This document shows, one piece after another, positions 40,216 through 50,425 of a DNA stretch of 64,000 bases. The stretch is from assembly GCA_934216505.1 (NCBI GenBank), contig CAKQBW010000001.1:20553-84552 (forward strand), in the 5' to 3' direction. The position numbers and the translations under genes are program-made. The first letter of the stretch is position 1. Every line of letters begins with the position of its first letter. This stretch comes from an uncultured Alphaproteobacteria bacterium (GTDB taxonomy: Bacteria; Pseudomonadota; Alphaproteobacteria; CAAHEQ01; UBA3637). Below the pieces are notes generated by a model that saw nothing but the letters and a program-made list of their open reading frames with translations, had not been told where the DNA came from and did no database searches.

Positions 40216-40989
40216 ATGTTAGATGTTTTTATTTTATCCCTTGTTCAAAGTATTACTGAATTTTTACCGATTAGTTCTTCGGGTCATCTTTTATTGCTGA
40301 ATAAGTTGGGTTTTTCAGATCAGACTTTAGGCATGGATGTTTTGTTGCATCTGGGGACATTATTAGCCGTAATGGTGTATTTTAAAAAAGATGTATTGAA
40401 TCTGATTCAAGTTTTATGGGGGCGAGGGGACAAATACCTTTTTGGGAAATTGGTACTTGCCACTTTACCAAGCATTGTGGTGGGTTTTTTCTTCTTTAAT
40501 TTGATTGAACATTGTTTTCGCTCTCCTTACTTGGTGGCGATAAACAGCATTTATTGGGGAATTATTTTATGGGGAATGGATAAATACAGCCCCAAAACAA
40601 ATACAATAGAAAAACTTTCTTTTAAAGGAGCATTTTATATCGGTTGCCTTCAGTCTTTGGCGTTGATTCCAGGGACCAGTCGGTCGGGTATTACAATGAC
40701 TTGCGGGCGGGCTTTGGGAATAAATCGGCCAGAAAGTGCGCGTTTTTCTATGTTGTTATCTATTCCAACCATTTTGATGACGGTGGGGTATATTTTTATA
40801 AAAGGAATAAGGGGCGAAGTTCAACTTCCATCTTTTCCTATGGGATTATGGGGTGTTTGGTGGGCTTTTATTTTGGGGATTAGTGTTGTCTATTTTTTGA
40901 TGAAATGGGTAAAAACATTCTCATTTGGCTTGTTTGCCCTCTATCGCATTTTGTTGGGCGTGGGTGTTTTGCTCTATTTGATATTTTAA
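40216..40989 (+). CDS. uppP: undecaprenyl-diphosphatase
   Basis: 8-TM BacA family; SITEFLPISSSGHLLL and GTSRSGITMT motifs. ATG 40216 has a CAGGAG RBS. Confidence 0.88.
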   Translation: MLDVFILSLVQSITEFLPISSSGHLLLLNKLGFSDQTLGMDVLLHLGTLLAVMVYFKKDVLNLIQVLWGRGDKYLFGKLVLATLPSIVVGFFFFNLIEHCFRSPYLVAINSIYWGIILWGMDKYSPKTNTIEKLSFKGAFYIGCLQSLALIPGTSRSGITMTCGRALGINRPESARFSMLLSIPTILMTVGYIFIKGIRGEVQLPSFPMGLWGVWWAFILGISVVYFLMKWVKTFSFGLFALYRILLGVGVLLYLIF

Positions 40990-41166
40990 AACAAAAAGCC
41001 TAAGAGCACTGGCCAAATTTTTTTGATGAGCATTGTCAATTTGAATTAAAAGTTGCCGTAAAGAAGTCTTTTTTTGCTTGGCAATTTCTTTTAATTGAAA
41101 CCAAAATTCATCTTCTATAGCAATACTTGTTTGATGTCCCGATAATTCAACAGAATGCTTTTTCAT
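40921..41166 (-). CDS. ribbon-helix-helix (RHH_4 family) protein
   Basis: VELSGHQTSIAIEDEFWFQLKEIAKQKKTSLRQLLIQID...NLASALRLFVL matches the alphaproteobacterial RHH_4 pattern. Its 3' end overlaps the uppP 3' end by ~69 nt. Confidence 0.55.
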   Translation of the reverse strand: MKKHSVELSGHQTSIAIEDEFWFQLKEIAKQKKTSLRQLLIQIDNAHQKNLASALRLFVLKYQIEQNTHAQQNAIEGKQAK

Positions 41167-41579
41167 GATTTTTTCCTGAGACTGGCCAAGTCAATAACTT
41201 CGGCCGTTTGCATTTCTTGAGAGGGAGGAACTTCTTTTTCCTGAACGGGTGCAAAACTTAAGGCAAAATTTTGGCTGGGATCCATAAATGAAATAAGAGA
41301 AGTATAGGGAATTTTTATATCACAAGGAACGCCCCCGAATCCCAATGTCACAGAAATACAGGAATCATCGGCAGATAAATTTGAAAATTGATTTTGCAAA
41401 ATAATTGTGATCTCGTGGGGATATTTTTGGCGCACAAAATCGGGCAGGGCCGCTTCTTTTGTCAAAAACGAAAGGATATAATACGATTCATCGGTCAATC
41501 CATCTTTAGCCACAGTATTTAATATCTCTTTCACCGCATGATATAGGGCTGATTGAATAAAAGAAGAATAATCTTTCAT
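41163..41579 (-). CDS. sspB: ClpXP adaptor SspB-like protein
   Basis: 138 aa; YYILSFLTKEAALPDF...ITIILQNQFSNLSADDSCISVTLGFGGVPCDIKIPYTSLISFMDP follows the SspB-fold pattern. Confidence 0.55.
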   Translation of the reverse strand: MKDYSSFIQSALYHAVKEILNTVAKDGLTDESYYILSFLTKEAALPDFVRQKYPHEITIILQNQFSNLSADDSCISVTLGFGGVPCDIKIPYTSLISFMDPSQNFALSFAPVQEKEVPPSQEMQTAEVIDLASLRKKS

Positions 41580-41582
41580 TTT

Positions 41583-43046
41583 TTACCTTTCTTGTTCCAA
41601 ATTGGAAAATTGACTAAATTCTCCATTAAAGTATAATTTTACCGTTCCAACGGGTCCATGTCTTTGCTTGGCAACAATGACTTCGGCTTGATTGGCTAAT
41701 TCTTTTTTCTTTAATTCAATATCTGCACAGCGTAAGGCGAATTTTTCTGGGGTTTCATTTCCCCGTTGAACGGGTTGTTCATTTTGCAAATAATAAATTT
41801 CACGATAAACAAACATCACAATATCGGCGTCCTGTTCAATAGACCCAGATTCACGTAAATCCGAAAGCATGGGGCGTTTATTATCACGGGCTTCCACCAA
41901 GCGAGAAAGTTGCGATAAAACAATGACAGGAACTTTTAATTCTTTTGCCATAATTTTTAAGGACCGTGTCATTTCGGATAATTCTTGCACCCGATTTTCT
42001 GATTTTTTACCAGAAGAAATCAACTGTAAATAGTCAATCACAATCAGGCCTAACCCTTTGTTGGCATCTCGTTGCATGCGTCTGGCCCGATTTTTGATGG
42101 CGGTCACCGTAATACCGGGGGTTTCATCTACCTCTAAGGGAATACGGGAAAGTAAATCTACAGCGGCAGCTAATTCATCAAATTGTTCGGTCGTGAGTTC
42201 CCCTGTCCGCATCTTGTGATTGCTGACTTTTGCTTTAGAGGAGAGAATGCGCCCCGCCACTTGTTCGGCTGACATTTCCAAGGAAAAAAGAGCCACCGAC
42301 TTTTTGGGGACGCCTTCCTTTTTGTTTTCTTCTTCAAAAAACTGCGCCGCATTAAAGGCAATTGTGGTGGCCAAAGCAGACTTACCCATCGCAGGGCGGC
42401 CCGCTAAGATAATTAAATCCGAATCATAAAGTCCCCCCAATAACTTGTCCATATCGGTTAGACCAATGGGCGTTCCCCCAATCCCCGCAGGATTATTCAT
42501 AGCGGTTTGAGTGGATTGAAGGGTTTGATGAAGGGCCTGAGATAAAGTGATGGGACCGCCTTCTAATTCGCTTTCGTTGGCTAAATTATATAATCCTTTT
42601 TCGGCCGTTTCCAATTGTCCCACAGCATTTGTGTCTTGTTGCATATCAAAGGCATCATTGACGATATTTGTCCCCAATTCAATCAACTGTCGCCTTAAAT
42701 AACAATCCAGTATTTGATGACCATAGTCGGCCACATTCACAATGCGGACAGAACTGGAAGCCAAGCGGGCCAAATAATCTATTCCCCCCACTTCTTTGAA
42801 AGAATCATCATGGATAAACAGGGGCTTTAAGGTAACTGTGTCGGCGATTCGGCCTTGTTCAATAAAATTACGACAGGCCGCATAGATTTTGGAATGAATT
42901 GGGTGAACAAAATGGTTGGCCTGTAAAAACTCGGATACTTTTTCCAAAGCCCGATTATTGACCAAAATTGCCCCCAAAACGGCTTGTTCTGCTTCAATGT
43001 TTTGGGGAGGTGTTCGCACATTTCCTTGAATGATATCCATGACCAA
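41583..43046 (-). CDS. dnaB: replicative DNA helicase DnaB
   Basis: 487 aa; PQNIEAEQAVLGAIL N-terminus, GRPAMGKSALA Walker A, RecA-like C-terminal domain. Confidence 0.93.
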   Translation of the reverse strand: MVMDIIQGNVRTPPQNIEAEQAVLGAILVNNRALEKVSEFLQANHFVHPIHSKIYAACRNFIEQGRIADTVTLKPLFIHDDSFKEVGGIDYLARLASSSVRIVNVADYGHQILDCYLRRQLIELGTNIVNDAFDMQQDTNAVGQLETAEKGLYNLANESELEGGPITLSQALHQTLQSTQTAMNNPAGIGGTPIGLTDMDKLLGGLYDSDLIILAGRPAMGKSALATTIAFNAAQFFEEENKKEGVPKKSVALFSLEMSAEQVAGRILSSKAKVSNHKMRTGELTTEQFDELAAAVDLLSRIPLEVDETPGITVTAIKNRARRMQRDANKGLGLIVIDYLQLISSGKKSENRVQELSEMTRSLKIMAKELKVPVIVLSQLSRLVEARDNKRPMLSDLRESGSIEQDADIVMFVYREIYYLQNEQPVQRGNETPEKFALRCADIELKKKELANQAEVIVAKQRHGPVGTVKLYFNGEFSQFSNLEQER

Positions 43047-43170
43047 AAACCCTTTAATTTTAAGTTGCTATCCGATAGGGAATTTTATACACTTATTTTT
43101 CAAAAAAATCAACTTTTTTATTTGCATTTTGTTTCTTTTTTGTGTAGAGTAGAACAAAAGGAGAACAAAA

Positions 43171-43791
43171 ATGATTGGAAAACTTTCAGGGCGTGTGGAT
43201 TCGTTTTATGAAGGCTACCTTATTTTAGATGTCAATGGGGTGGGTTATAGGGTCTTTTGTTCGTCTAAGACAGTGGCAAAATTAGGAGGCGTGGGGGCGT
43301 CGGCTTCTTTATGGATAGAAACGCAAGTGCGGGAAGATCATATTCACCTGATTGGTTTTGCCGATACAACAGAACAACAACTTTTTAATCTGTTGGGGAC
43401 AGTACAGGGGGTTGGGGCAAAAGTGGCTTTGGCTATTTTATCCGCTCTGACGCCTCAGGAAATTCAAATGGCGGTGATGACGGGTGATGGAAAAGCCTTT
43501 ACACGGGCAGGAGGAGTAGGCCCCAAATTGGGTGTGCGTTTGGTGACGGAATTAAAAGGAAAAATGGGAACAGTGGGCAGTCAAGAAGCGATGCAGGTTA
43601 TCAATTCTAGTGCTTCTGTTAGGACGGGGGCTTCTGTGATGGAGGAGGCTATTTCTGCGTTGTCTAATTTAGGATATTCTCGCATTGAGGCGGGTATGGT
43701 GGTGGCCAATGTTTTAAAGGCGCACCCTGATTCTAATACTTCTGATCTGATTCGGCTGTCTTTACGGGAAATTGGCAAGGGGGCGTTTTGA
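43171..43791 (+). CDS. ruvA: Holliday junction branch migration protein RuvA
   Basis: MIGKLSGRVD... and LGTVQGVGAKVALAIL HhH motifs. Confidence 0.9.
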   Translation: MIGKLSGRVDSFYEGYLILDVNGVGYRVFCSSKTVAKLGGVGASASLWIETQVREDHIHLIGFADTTEQQLFNLLGTVQGVGAKVALAILSALTPQEIQMAVMTGDGKAFTRAGGVGPKLGVRLVTELKGKMGTVGSQEAMQVINSSASVRTGASVMEEAISALSNLGYSRIEAGMVVANVLKAHPDSNTSDLIRLSLREIGKGAF

Positions 43792-44393
43792 TGAAAAAGA
43801 TTGTTTTTTTGTTGGGACTTTGTTTTGTTGGGTCGGTTAAAGCCATGGTGGCCCCTGAAATTTTTGACTATGAGCCGACTTGCCCTAAAGATAAACCCTT
43901 TATTCAAGTTATTCCTGAACGGGGAACAGAATGTCAATCTTGTGACTCTTTACGGGGATTGATGCTGAAAAAGGAGAGTGATTGTCAAAGGTGCCCTCAT
44001 CGTGAAAGGACGGAAAAAGGGGAATGTCGGTTAAAAAGATGTCCCGCTACGGCGCCTTACTATGAATCCAAATGGAATTGGAGTGGGTGTAAAAATTGCC
44101 AAGATGAACCGACGCATATTACGAAAGACGAATGTTTGCAGTGTCCGAATATGCGCTGGGTAGAGGGATTAAATCTTTGTGCGCCGAATAAAAAAGGCGT
44201 TATTTATTATAATGGGGAAAGTTTGGGGCAGGGGCGTTTAATTGGGGGGATGTTGCCTTATTCTTTTCCTTGTGATAACTTCAAAAAGGAAAAAGCGATT
44301 CGGACGGGTCGGGAAGAATGTCGTCTGTGTCCCCATACAAAATTTCAAGATGGTTGGTGTTATTCAGATCAAAAAGGAAACTCAAATGGTTGA
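43791..44393 (+). CDS. secreted Cys-rich protein inserted between ruvA and ruvB
   Basis: ATG overlaps the ruvA TGA (TGATG). Signal peptide [18 protein letters not shown]; 22 Cys in ~180 mature residues ([38 protein letters not shown]). Its stop overlaps the ruvB start. Confidence 0.6.
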   Translation: MKKIVFLLGLCFVGSVKAMVAPEIFDYEPTCPKDKPFIQVIPERGTECQSCDSLRGLMLKKESDCQRCPHRERTEKGECRLKRCPATAPYYESKWNWSGCKNCQDEPTHITKDECLQCPNMRWVEGLNLCAPNKKGVIYYNGESLGQGRLIGGMLPYSFPCDNFKKEKAIRTGREECRLCPHTKFQDGWCYSDQKGNSNG

Positions 44394-45411
44394 AAATCGT
44401 ATTATAGCCCCCCAAAAGCAAAGTGGTGATGAGGAACTTTTTAAAAGTTTGCGTCCCCAAAGTTTAGATGATTTTGTGGGCCAAAGGCAACTATGTCAAA
44501 ATTTGCGCGTTTTTGTTAATGCCGCCCGAAAAAGAAAAGAGGCCATGGATCATGTTCTTTTGTTTGGTCCCCCAGGATTGGGAAAAACAACTTTAGCCCA
44601 GATTGTGGCCAAAGAATTGGGGGTTAATTTTCGACCAACTTCAGGGCCAATGATTTCAAAGTCGGGGGATTTGGCGGCCATTTTGACGAATTTAGAGCCC
44701 CGAGATGTTTTATTTATTGATGAAATTCATCGGTTGAATCCCGCTGTAGAGGAGGTCCTTTATTCAGCGATGGAAGATTTTCAATTGGATATAGTCATAG
44801 GGGAAGGGCCTGCCGCACGGTCTGTTCGGATTGATTTACCTCCCTTTACTTTAATCGGGGCAACGACGCGTTCGGGGCTTCTTTCTACTCCTTTACGGGA
44901 TAGATTTGGTATTCCTTTACATTTGAATTTTTATGAAACAGATGATTTACAAAAAATCGTGGAACGAAATGCGCGTTTAATGAAATTGAATATCACCGAG
45001 GCAGGGGCACATGAGATTGCAAAAAGGTCCAGAGGAACGCCTCGAATTGCAGGACGACTGTTGCGCAGAGTCAGGGATTTTGCGGGGGATAATCCTGTGA
45101 GCCCTGAATTGGCGGACACGGCTTTGACACGGTTAGAGGTTGATAAACAAGGTCTAGATGCCATGGATCGGCGTTATTTGCGCTGTATCGCCGATAAGTA
45201 TGCGGGGGGGCCTGTGGGGGCAGATACTTTGTCGGCGGCCTTGTCAGAAGAAAGAGATACGCTGGAAGAAGTCATTGAACCTTACTTAATGCAACTGGGC
45301 TTGGTTATGCGAACACCACGGGGACGTATGCTGTCGCCCATGGGATATAAACAGTTGGGATTAAAAACGCCCCAACAATATATTCAACCTGATTTATTAG
45401 AAGATGTTTAA
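44386..45411 (+). CDS. ruvB: Holliday junction ATP-dependent DNA helicase RuvB
   Basis: Start at [11 protein letters not shown]; [14 protein letters not shown] Walker A. Listed start 44242 is an over-extension into the upstream gene. Confidence 0.92.
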   Translation: MVENRIIAPQKQSGDEELFKSLRPQSLDDFVGQRQLCQNLRVFVNAARKRKEAMDHVLLFGPPGLGKTTLAQIVAKELGVNFRPTSGPMISKSGDLAAILTNLEPRDVLFIDEIHRLNPAVEEVLYSAMEDFQLDIVIGEGPAARSVRIDLPPFTLIGATTRSGLLSTPLRDRFGIPLHLNFYETDDLQKIVERNARLMKLNITEAGAHEIAKRSRGTPRIAGRLLRRVRDFAGDNPVSPELADTALTRLEVDKQGLDAMDRRYLRCIADKYAGGPVGADTLSAALSEERDTLEEVIEPYLMQLGLVMRTPRGRMLSPMGYKQLGLKTPQQYIQPDLLEDV

Positions 45412-45482
45412 TTTTACTTGAAAAAAAAGTTTTTTTCGGCTATCTTTTATTCGGATAAGGTTCAAGTTTGTGAGGAGGAAAA

Positions 45483-45896
45483 ATGATTGCAACTTATCAA
45501 TTTCGTGTTTATTATGTAGATACAGATGCAAGTGGTATTTTATACCATGCGAACTATTTGTCGTATGCGGAAAGGGCCCGCAGTGAATGGTTTAACGAAA
45601 ATAATATGCCAGTCACAAAACTTTTGGAAAGAGGCGATGCCTTTGTCGTTTGTCGGGCAGAGGTAGAATATAAACATCCTGCCCCTTTAAATGCTCTAGT
45701 GAAAGTAGAAACTCGTGTGAAAGAAGTTAAAGCGGCTAGTTGTTTGAGCGAACAAAAATTTTATATTGATGATAAATTAGTGGCGATAGTTCGGATAGAA
45801 GCGGTTAGTGTGGATACCACAACCTTAAGACCTAAACGGATTCCCGCTGATATACGGGCTTTATACGAAAAGTATATGCAAGAGGAAGAAAAATAA
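45483..45896 (+). CDS. ybgC: Tol-Pal-associated acyl-CoA thioesterase
   Basis: 137-aa 4HBT hot-dog fold: YVDTDASGILYHANYLSYAERAR. Confidence 0.85.
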   Translation: MIATYQFRVYYVDTDASGILYHANYLSYAERARSEWFNENNMPVTKLLERGDAFVVCRAEVEYKHPAPLNALVKVETRVKEVKAASCLSEQKFYIDDKLVAIVRIEAVSVDTTTLRPKRIPADIRALYEKYMQEEEK

Positions 45897-45897
45897 G

Positions 45898-46212
45898 ATG
45901 TCTTCGCCTTTTGGAATCGTCGGTCTTCTGTTTTCAAAAAACCTCCCTTTATTGGTGGGAGTTATGGTACTGGACTATTTGGGAATGTATTTTTTGAATT
46001 TGGGGGATATTGTTGAAAGTCTTTTGTTCTTTTTGATGATTTTATTGGCTCTTCTTTTTTCAAACCGAGTTCATTCGGGAACAACTTTATTACAAGTTTT
46101 GATAATTTTGTTTTCTTTTGATATGTTTTTGCGCTGGGGCTTGGGAATGATATTGCCCCAGGAAATAACAACTCTTGAAACTGAACAGATTATTCAAAGT
46201 ATTCAACAATAA
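45898..46212 (+). CDS. small hypothetical membrane protein (104 aa) between ybgC and tolQ
   Basis: Three predicted TM segments; coupled to ybgC (ATG 2 nt after its stop). Confidence 0.4.
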   Translation: MSSPFGIVGLLFSKNLPLLVGVMVLDYLGMYFLNLGDIVESLLFFLMILLALLFSNRVHSGTTLLQVLIILFSFDMFLRWGLGMILPQEITTLETEQIIQSIQQ

Positions 46213-46228
46213 CGAAAGGAAAAAATAA

Positions 46229-46912
46229 ATGACAAACCAAATACATTCATCTATTTCCATGATGGGAATGTTCCAAGATTCTGATATTTTTATGAAAATT
46301 TTAATTTTGGGATTGTTGTTTGCCTCGGTTTGGTGTTGGGCAATTATTTTTGATAAAGTGATGATGTTGCGCCGAATGAAAGAACGAATGAAACGCTTTG
46401 AGGAAGGGTTTTGGCATACGACTTCATTAGTCTCTTTTTTTCAAGACTTACCCAAGAAAGTCAAAGACCCTTTAAGTTTGATTTTTAAAAATGCTTATAT
46501 GGAATATCAGCATATTCTAACCGAAAAGGTCAGAAATCCTTCTATCAAAATGGAAGAGCGATTGGAAAAGGTCATGCAAATAACGATAGATAAACAGGTT
46601 GAAAAAATGGAAACACGCATGATTTTTTTGGCTTCAACGGGGTCTGTGGCACCTTTGTTGGGATTGTTTGGCACAGTATGGGGGATTATGGATTCTTTTA
46701 ATGCCATTGGGGCCACGCAAAGTACAAATATTGCAGCGGTGGCACCTGGGGTAGCAGAAGCTCTTTTTACAACAGCCGTTGGTTTGATAGCGGCAATTCC
46801 CGCTGTTGTAGCCTACAATAAATTGACCCATGACATTGAACGGGTCGTGGGGCGTATGGAAACTTTTTCAGATGAATTAAGTACGATTTTATCCAGTCAA
46901 AAAGGAGAGTAA
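46229..46912 (+). CDS. tolQ: Tol-Pal system protein TolQ
   Basis: MotA/TolQ/ExbB family 3-TM protein; FLASTGSVAPLLGLFGTVWGIM. Confidence 0.9.
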   Translation: MTNQIHSSISMMGMFQDSDIFMKILILGLLFASVWCWAIIFDKVMMLRRMKERMKRFEEGFWHTTSLVSFFQDLPKKVKDPLSLIFKNAYMEYQHILTEKVRNPSIKMEERLEKVMQITIDKQVEKMETRMIFLASTGSVAPLLGLFGTVWGIMDSFNAIGATQSTNIAAVAPGVAEALFTTAVGLIAAIPAVVAYNKLTHDIERVVGRMETFSDELSTILSSQKGE

Positions 46913-46914
46913 AG

Positions 46915-47340
46915 ATGATTCGGTCTCGTCGTCATCGTCATTCCATCAGGGCTGAAGTGAATTTAACCCCTCTTATTGATGTGATGACTAGTTTATTGGC
47001 TATTTTTATGATAACAGCTCCTTTATTGACAACAGGGATTCCTTTGAATTTACCAAGGGGAGATGGCAAAGTAGTAGATAGTCCCGAAAAAACATTGGAT
47101 ATATCGGTAGATAGACGCGGAAAAGTTTATTTAGCGAATCAAGAGGTGAAATTGGAAAATTTAACCCAAAAACTTTCTTCGTTGGTTCGGGAAAATCCCC
47201 GTTTGCAAATGATGATTTCGGGGGACAAAAAAGCAGATTATGGTCGGGTGATTGAAGTTATGGCATTGTTGCGGACCTCTGGTTTTACCCAGGTGGGCTT
47301 AAAAACAGATGCAGAAGTTATGAAAATAAAAGGAAAATAA
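46915..47340 (+). CDS. tolR: Tol-Pal system protein TolR
   Basis: ExbD/TolR family; EVNLTPLIDVMTSLLAIFMITAPL. Confidence 0.9.
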   Translation: MIRSRRHRHSIRAEVNLTPLIDVMTSLLAIFMITAPLLTTGIPLNLPRGDGKVVDSPEKTLDISVDRRGKVYLANQEVKLENLTQKLSSLVRENPRLQMMISGDKKADYGRVIEVMALLRTSGFTQVGLKTDAEVMKIKGK

Positions 47341-47343
47341 AAT

Positions 47344-48249
47344 ATGGAACGGCGCGCTTTGGTGATGTCGCTGGCTTTACACGGAGCAATACTTGCTTTG
47401 ATGTTTTGCGATTTTTCTTTTTCACGGGAGTATTCTAAACCTCCCGCCGTCATTATGCATATTGATTTGAATAAAGTCCAAATAGCCGACAAAACAAATC
47501 TCCCTCAAAAGGGAATAGTTCAAAAGGCTTCTAAGGTTATTCCTCCAAAACAGGAAAAACAAAAGCCTTCAAAAGTTCTTTCAAAAAAACAAGAGACGCC
47601 AAAGGCTAAAAAAGAAACGAAAGTTGTTTCGTCCGAAAAAAAAGTTGTAAAAGCCCCTAAGCCTCAGCCTCAACCCAAATTGCCACCTGTCCCCAAAGAG
47701 GCTGTCATTGTTCAAGGAAAAAAAGAAAAAAAATCAGAGAAAGTTATTTTTTCCCAAAAACAAGCGCAACAAGCCCATGAAGAAGAGGCAGATTTAAAAT
47801 CTTTATTAGCGACGGTTGATAAAGTAAGGCAAGCCCCTGTAAAAAAAGAAAAGACCTCTCCTCAAGAATCATCAGGGGGCGGGGGAATGTCAGGTGGTTT
47901 AGAGGGGCGTTTGGACCAAATGATGACTATTTCGGATAAAGATTTTATCAGTTCAAAATTAAGGGAGTCTTGGAACTTAGACGGAGGAACGGATAGACTA
48001 GATGAAATTGTGGTGGAAGTTTATGTTAGTTTAAATAAAGATGGCTCCTTGCGTTTGGTAAAATATACCAATAAGATGAATATCCCCGCCTTTGTTCAGG
48101 TAGCCGAAAGTGCGGTGCGGGCTGTTCATATTGCGGCCAATAAAGGCAGCGAATCTCCCTTTAAAATCTTGGCCGAAAAATATGCCTCCCATTATTCTGA
48201 TTGGAAAGAGATAAGTCTGCGTTTTAGTCCAACGGAGGGTATTTTTTAA
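47344..48249 (+). CDS. tolA: TolA-like protein
   Basis: N-terminal TM, Lys/Pro-rich spacer, C-terminal TolA/TonB-like domain; follows tolQR. Confidence 0.75.
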   Translation: MERRALVMSLALHGAILALMFCDFSFSREYSKPPAVIMHIDLNKVQIADKTNLPQKGIVQKASKVIPPKQEKQKPSKVLSKKQETPKAKKETKVVSSEKKVVKAPKPQPQPKLPPVPKEAVIVQGKKEKKSEKVIFSQKQAQQAHEEEADLKSLLATVDKVRQAPVKKEKTSPQESSGGGGMSGGLEGRLDQMMTISDKDFISSKLRESWNLDGGTDRLDEIVVEVYVSLNKDGSLRLVKYTNKMNIPAFVQVAESAVRAVHIAANKGSESPFKILAEKYASHYSDWKEISLRFSPTEGIF

Positions 48250-50322
48250 CTAATCCTTTAATAGCTTTTGAACTGTATTCAATAAATCGTTCAAGACGAA
48301 AGGTTTTGAAATAAAAGTAAAGGGAAGGTTGTTATTAGAGGCGTGTCTTTCAAATTCCGTGGAATATCCTGACATCAAAATGCTCTTTAGTTTGGGATTG
48401 ATATTGTGGGCCGCTTGGATTAAATGCTCCCCGTCCATGCCAGGCATAACCATATCTGTGATTAAAAGTTTGGCAAGGGGATTTTGACGGACAGCCTCAA
48501 GGGCTTGATTGGCGTTTTGACATTCAATAACCTGAAAACCTTTTAGAGATAGGGCTCGTTTTAAAATCGTCCGGATACTGTCTTCATCATCAGATAAAAT
48601 AATTGTCCCTCCCGCATTTTGGAAAAATATGTTAGGAATAATGGGGGCCTGTTGTATTTCTGAAACTTTTGGTTTTTCAAAACGGGGCAGATAAATGGAA
48701 AAAGTTGTCCCCACATTTTGTTCGCTATCCACATAAATAAATCCCCCTACGCTGTTGATAATTCCAAAAACAGTGGAAAGACCTAACCCTGTCCCCGATT
48801 CTTGATTCTTTTCTTTTGTGGTAAAGAAAGGATCAAAAATGTGGGGCAGAATTTCAGGGGGAATGCCTGCGCCCGTATCAGTGGTACAAATTTTGATGTA
48901 ATCCCCGCTGGGTAAAATTTTGTTTCCAATAGGTTTTGCTTTTTTGGCTTCTTCTCGTGTGACTGTTATTTGAAAGGTGCCTCCCTTTGTCATAGCGTCT
49001 TTTGAATTGACGGCCAAGTTGAGTAAAATTTGAGTGAGTTGGCTCGGGTCTAAACGCAAACACCCTAAATGTTTTTTGACGTTCAATTTCAAAGTGCAAA
49101 GAGGGGCTAAACTTCTTTGTAAAAGAGGGGTTAAATCCACAAAAGCATCATGCACAGAGATGAGTTTGCTTTGTACAGGTGTCTTTCGTGAAAAGGTTAA
49201 AAGTTGTCTCACCAAAGAGGCAGCCTTTTGGGCATTCCCTTTTATTTGCATGATATCAGAGAAAGACGAATCTCCCACGGCATGTTTTTGTAAAAGCAAA
49301 TCAGAAAACCCGATAATAGCGGTCAATATGTTATTAAAATCATGTGCAATTCCCCCTGTCAGTTGTCCAATCGCTTGCATTTTTTGGTCTTGGACAAGTT
49401 GTTGTTCCAATTTTTTGCGGGGGGTAATGTCAAATAAATAGCAACAGATGTCTTCTTTTTGTTTATTCCATAGACTTTGGAAAGTAACCCCAATTTGATT
49501 GTTCGTCAATTCAAGGGAATTATTTGGGTGATTTTGGCAGATTTTTGTCCAAGATTTTGCCAAATCTTCTTGAGAAGTATTATCCCATAAAATAGGAAAC
49601 TCTTGGTCAATTAAGTTTGAAATTTTTTGATCAAAAATTTTCGCAAAGGCTTCATTTGTAGAAGTAATCTTCTGTGTCTTTGGGTTGATAAGGATGGTAG
49701 GAACAGGGGAAGTATTGTATTCATCAGATAAATTTTTGCCAATTTTAATTTTTTTTGTAGCTAATAAAAGGTTTTCTTTGGCGGCTTGAACAGGTAAAAA
49801 TTCCCATCCGAGAGGTGTTGTGGAATGCAGAAAAGTTGTGTAATTTTTTCCAATTAAATCAATAAATTCTTTTTTTAAATCATCGCAACAGGCTGGGTTT
49901 GTATAAAGAATCTTTCCATTTTTGTCTGATAGAAAAACAGGAATTGGAAGATGACGAATCATTTCACTCAATAAATCCAACTGTGTTTCCAAATTTTGGT
50001 AAATCTGTTCGGCGGCTGTTTTATCCAAGGCGGTGATTAAAAACGCTTTTTCCAAGGCATAAAGTTGAATTTCTAAAGTTTGATTTTCAATTTCTAAAGT
50101 ACAATCAAAACTCACTTTTTGTTCATAAGCGTTTTTTAATTCTTTGGTCGTCGTGTTTTCAGGTTCAATAAGAAAAGGAAAAGGGTCTTTTCCTAAACCA
50201 AAAAGCAAAGTTCCCTTAGCATTTGTATAAAGGATTTTGTTGTTCATATCACGCAACTGACAGGCGCGGGTGTCAATTTGCAGGATTTGTTGATATAAAT
50301 GTTTGTGTATTTTGTGAAACAT
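48250..50322 (-). CDS. hybrid sensor histidine kinase (PAS domains, HisKA, HATPase_c, C-terminal receiver)
   Basis: H-box GIAHDFNNILTAIIGFSDLL; G-box GTGLGLSTVFGIINSVGGFIYVDSEQNVGTTF; receiver with LLITDMVMPGMDGEHL. Confidence 0.88.
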   Translation of the reverse strand: MFHKIHKHLYQQILQIDTRACQLRDMNNKILYTNAKGTLLFGLGKDPFPFLIEPENTTTKELKNAYEQKVSFDCTLEIENQTLEIQLYALEKAFLITALDKTAAEQIYQNLETQLDLLSEMIRHLPIPVFLSDKNGKILYTNPACCDDLKKEFIDLIGKNYTTFLHSTTPLGWEFLPVQAAKENLLLATKKIKIGKNLSDEYNTSPVPTILINPKTQKITSTNEAFAKIFDQKISNLIDQEFPILWDNTSQEDLAKSWTKICQNHPNNSLELTNNQIGVTFQSLWNKQKEDICCYLFDITPRKKLEQQLVQDQKMQAIGQLTGGIAHDFNNILTAIIGFSDLLLQKHAVGDSSFSDIMQIKGNAQKAASLVRQLLTFSRKTPVQSKLISVHDAFVDLTPLLQRSLAPLCTLKLNVKKHLGCLRLDPSQLTQILLNLAVNSKDAMTKGGTFQITVTREEAKKAKPIGNKILPSGDYIKICTTDTGAGIPPEILPHIFDPFFTTKEKNQESGTGLGLSTVFGIINSVGGFIYVDSEQNVGTTFSIYLPRFEKPKVSEIQQAPIIPNIFFQNAGGTIILSDDEDSIRTILKRALSLKGFQVIECQNANQALEAVRQNPLAKLLITDMVMPGMDGEHLIQAAHNINPKLKSILMSGYSTEFERHASNNNLPFTFISKPFVLNDLLNTVQKLLKD

Positions 50323-50425
50323 AATTTCATTATATCCTTTTTTTTACAAAAATCCACTTTTTCTTTTAAAAAAAACTTGCAAAACAAAAATTTGTTGTTT
50401 ATACTGAAATTAAAAGGAGGAGAAA

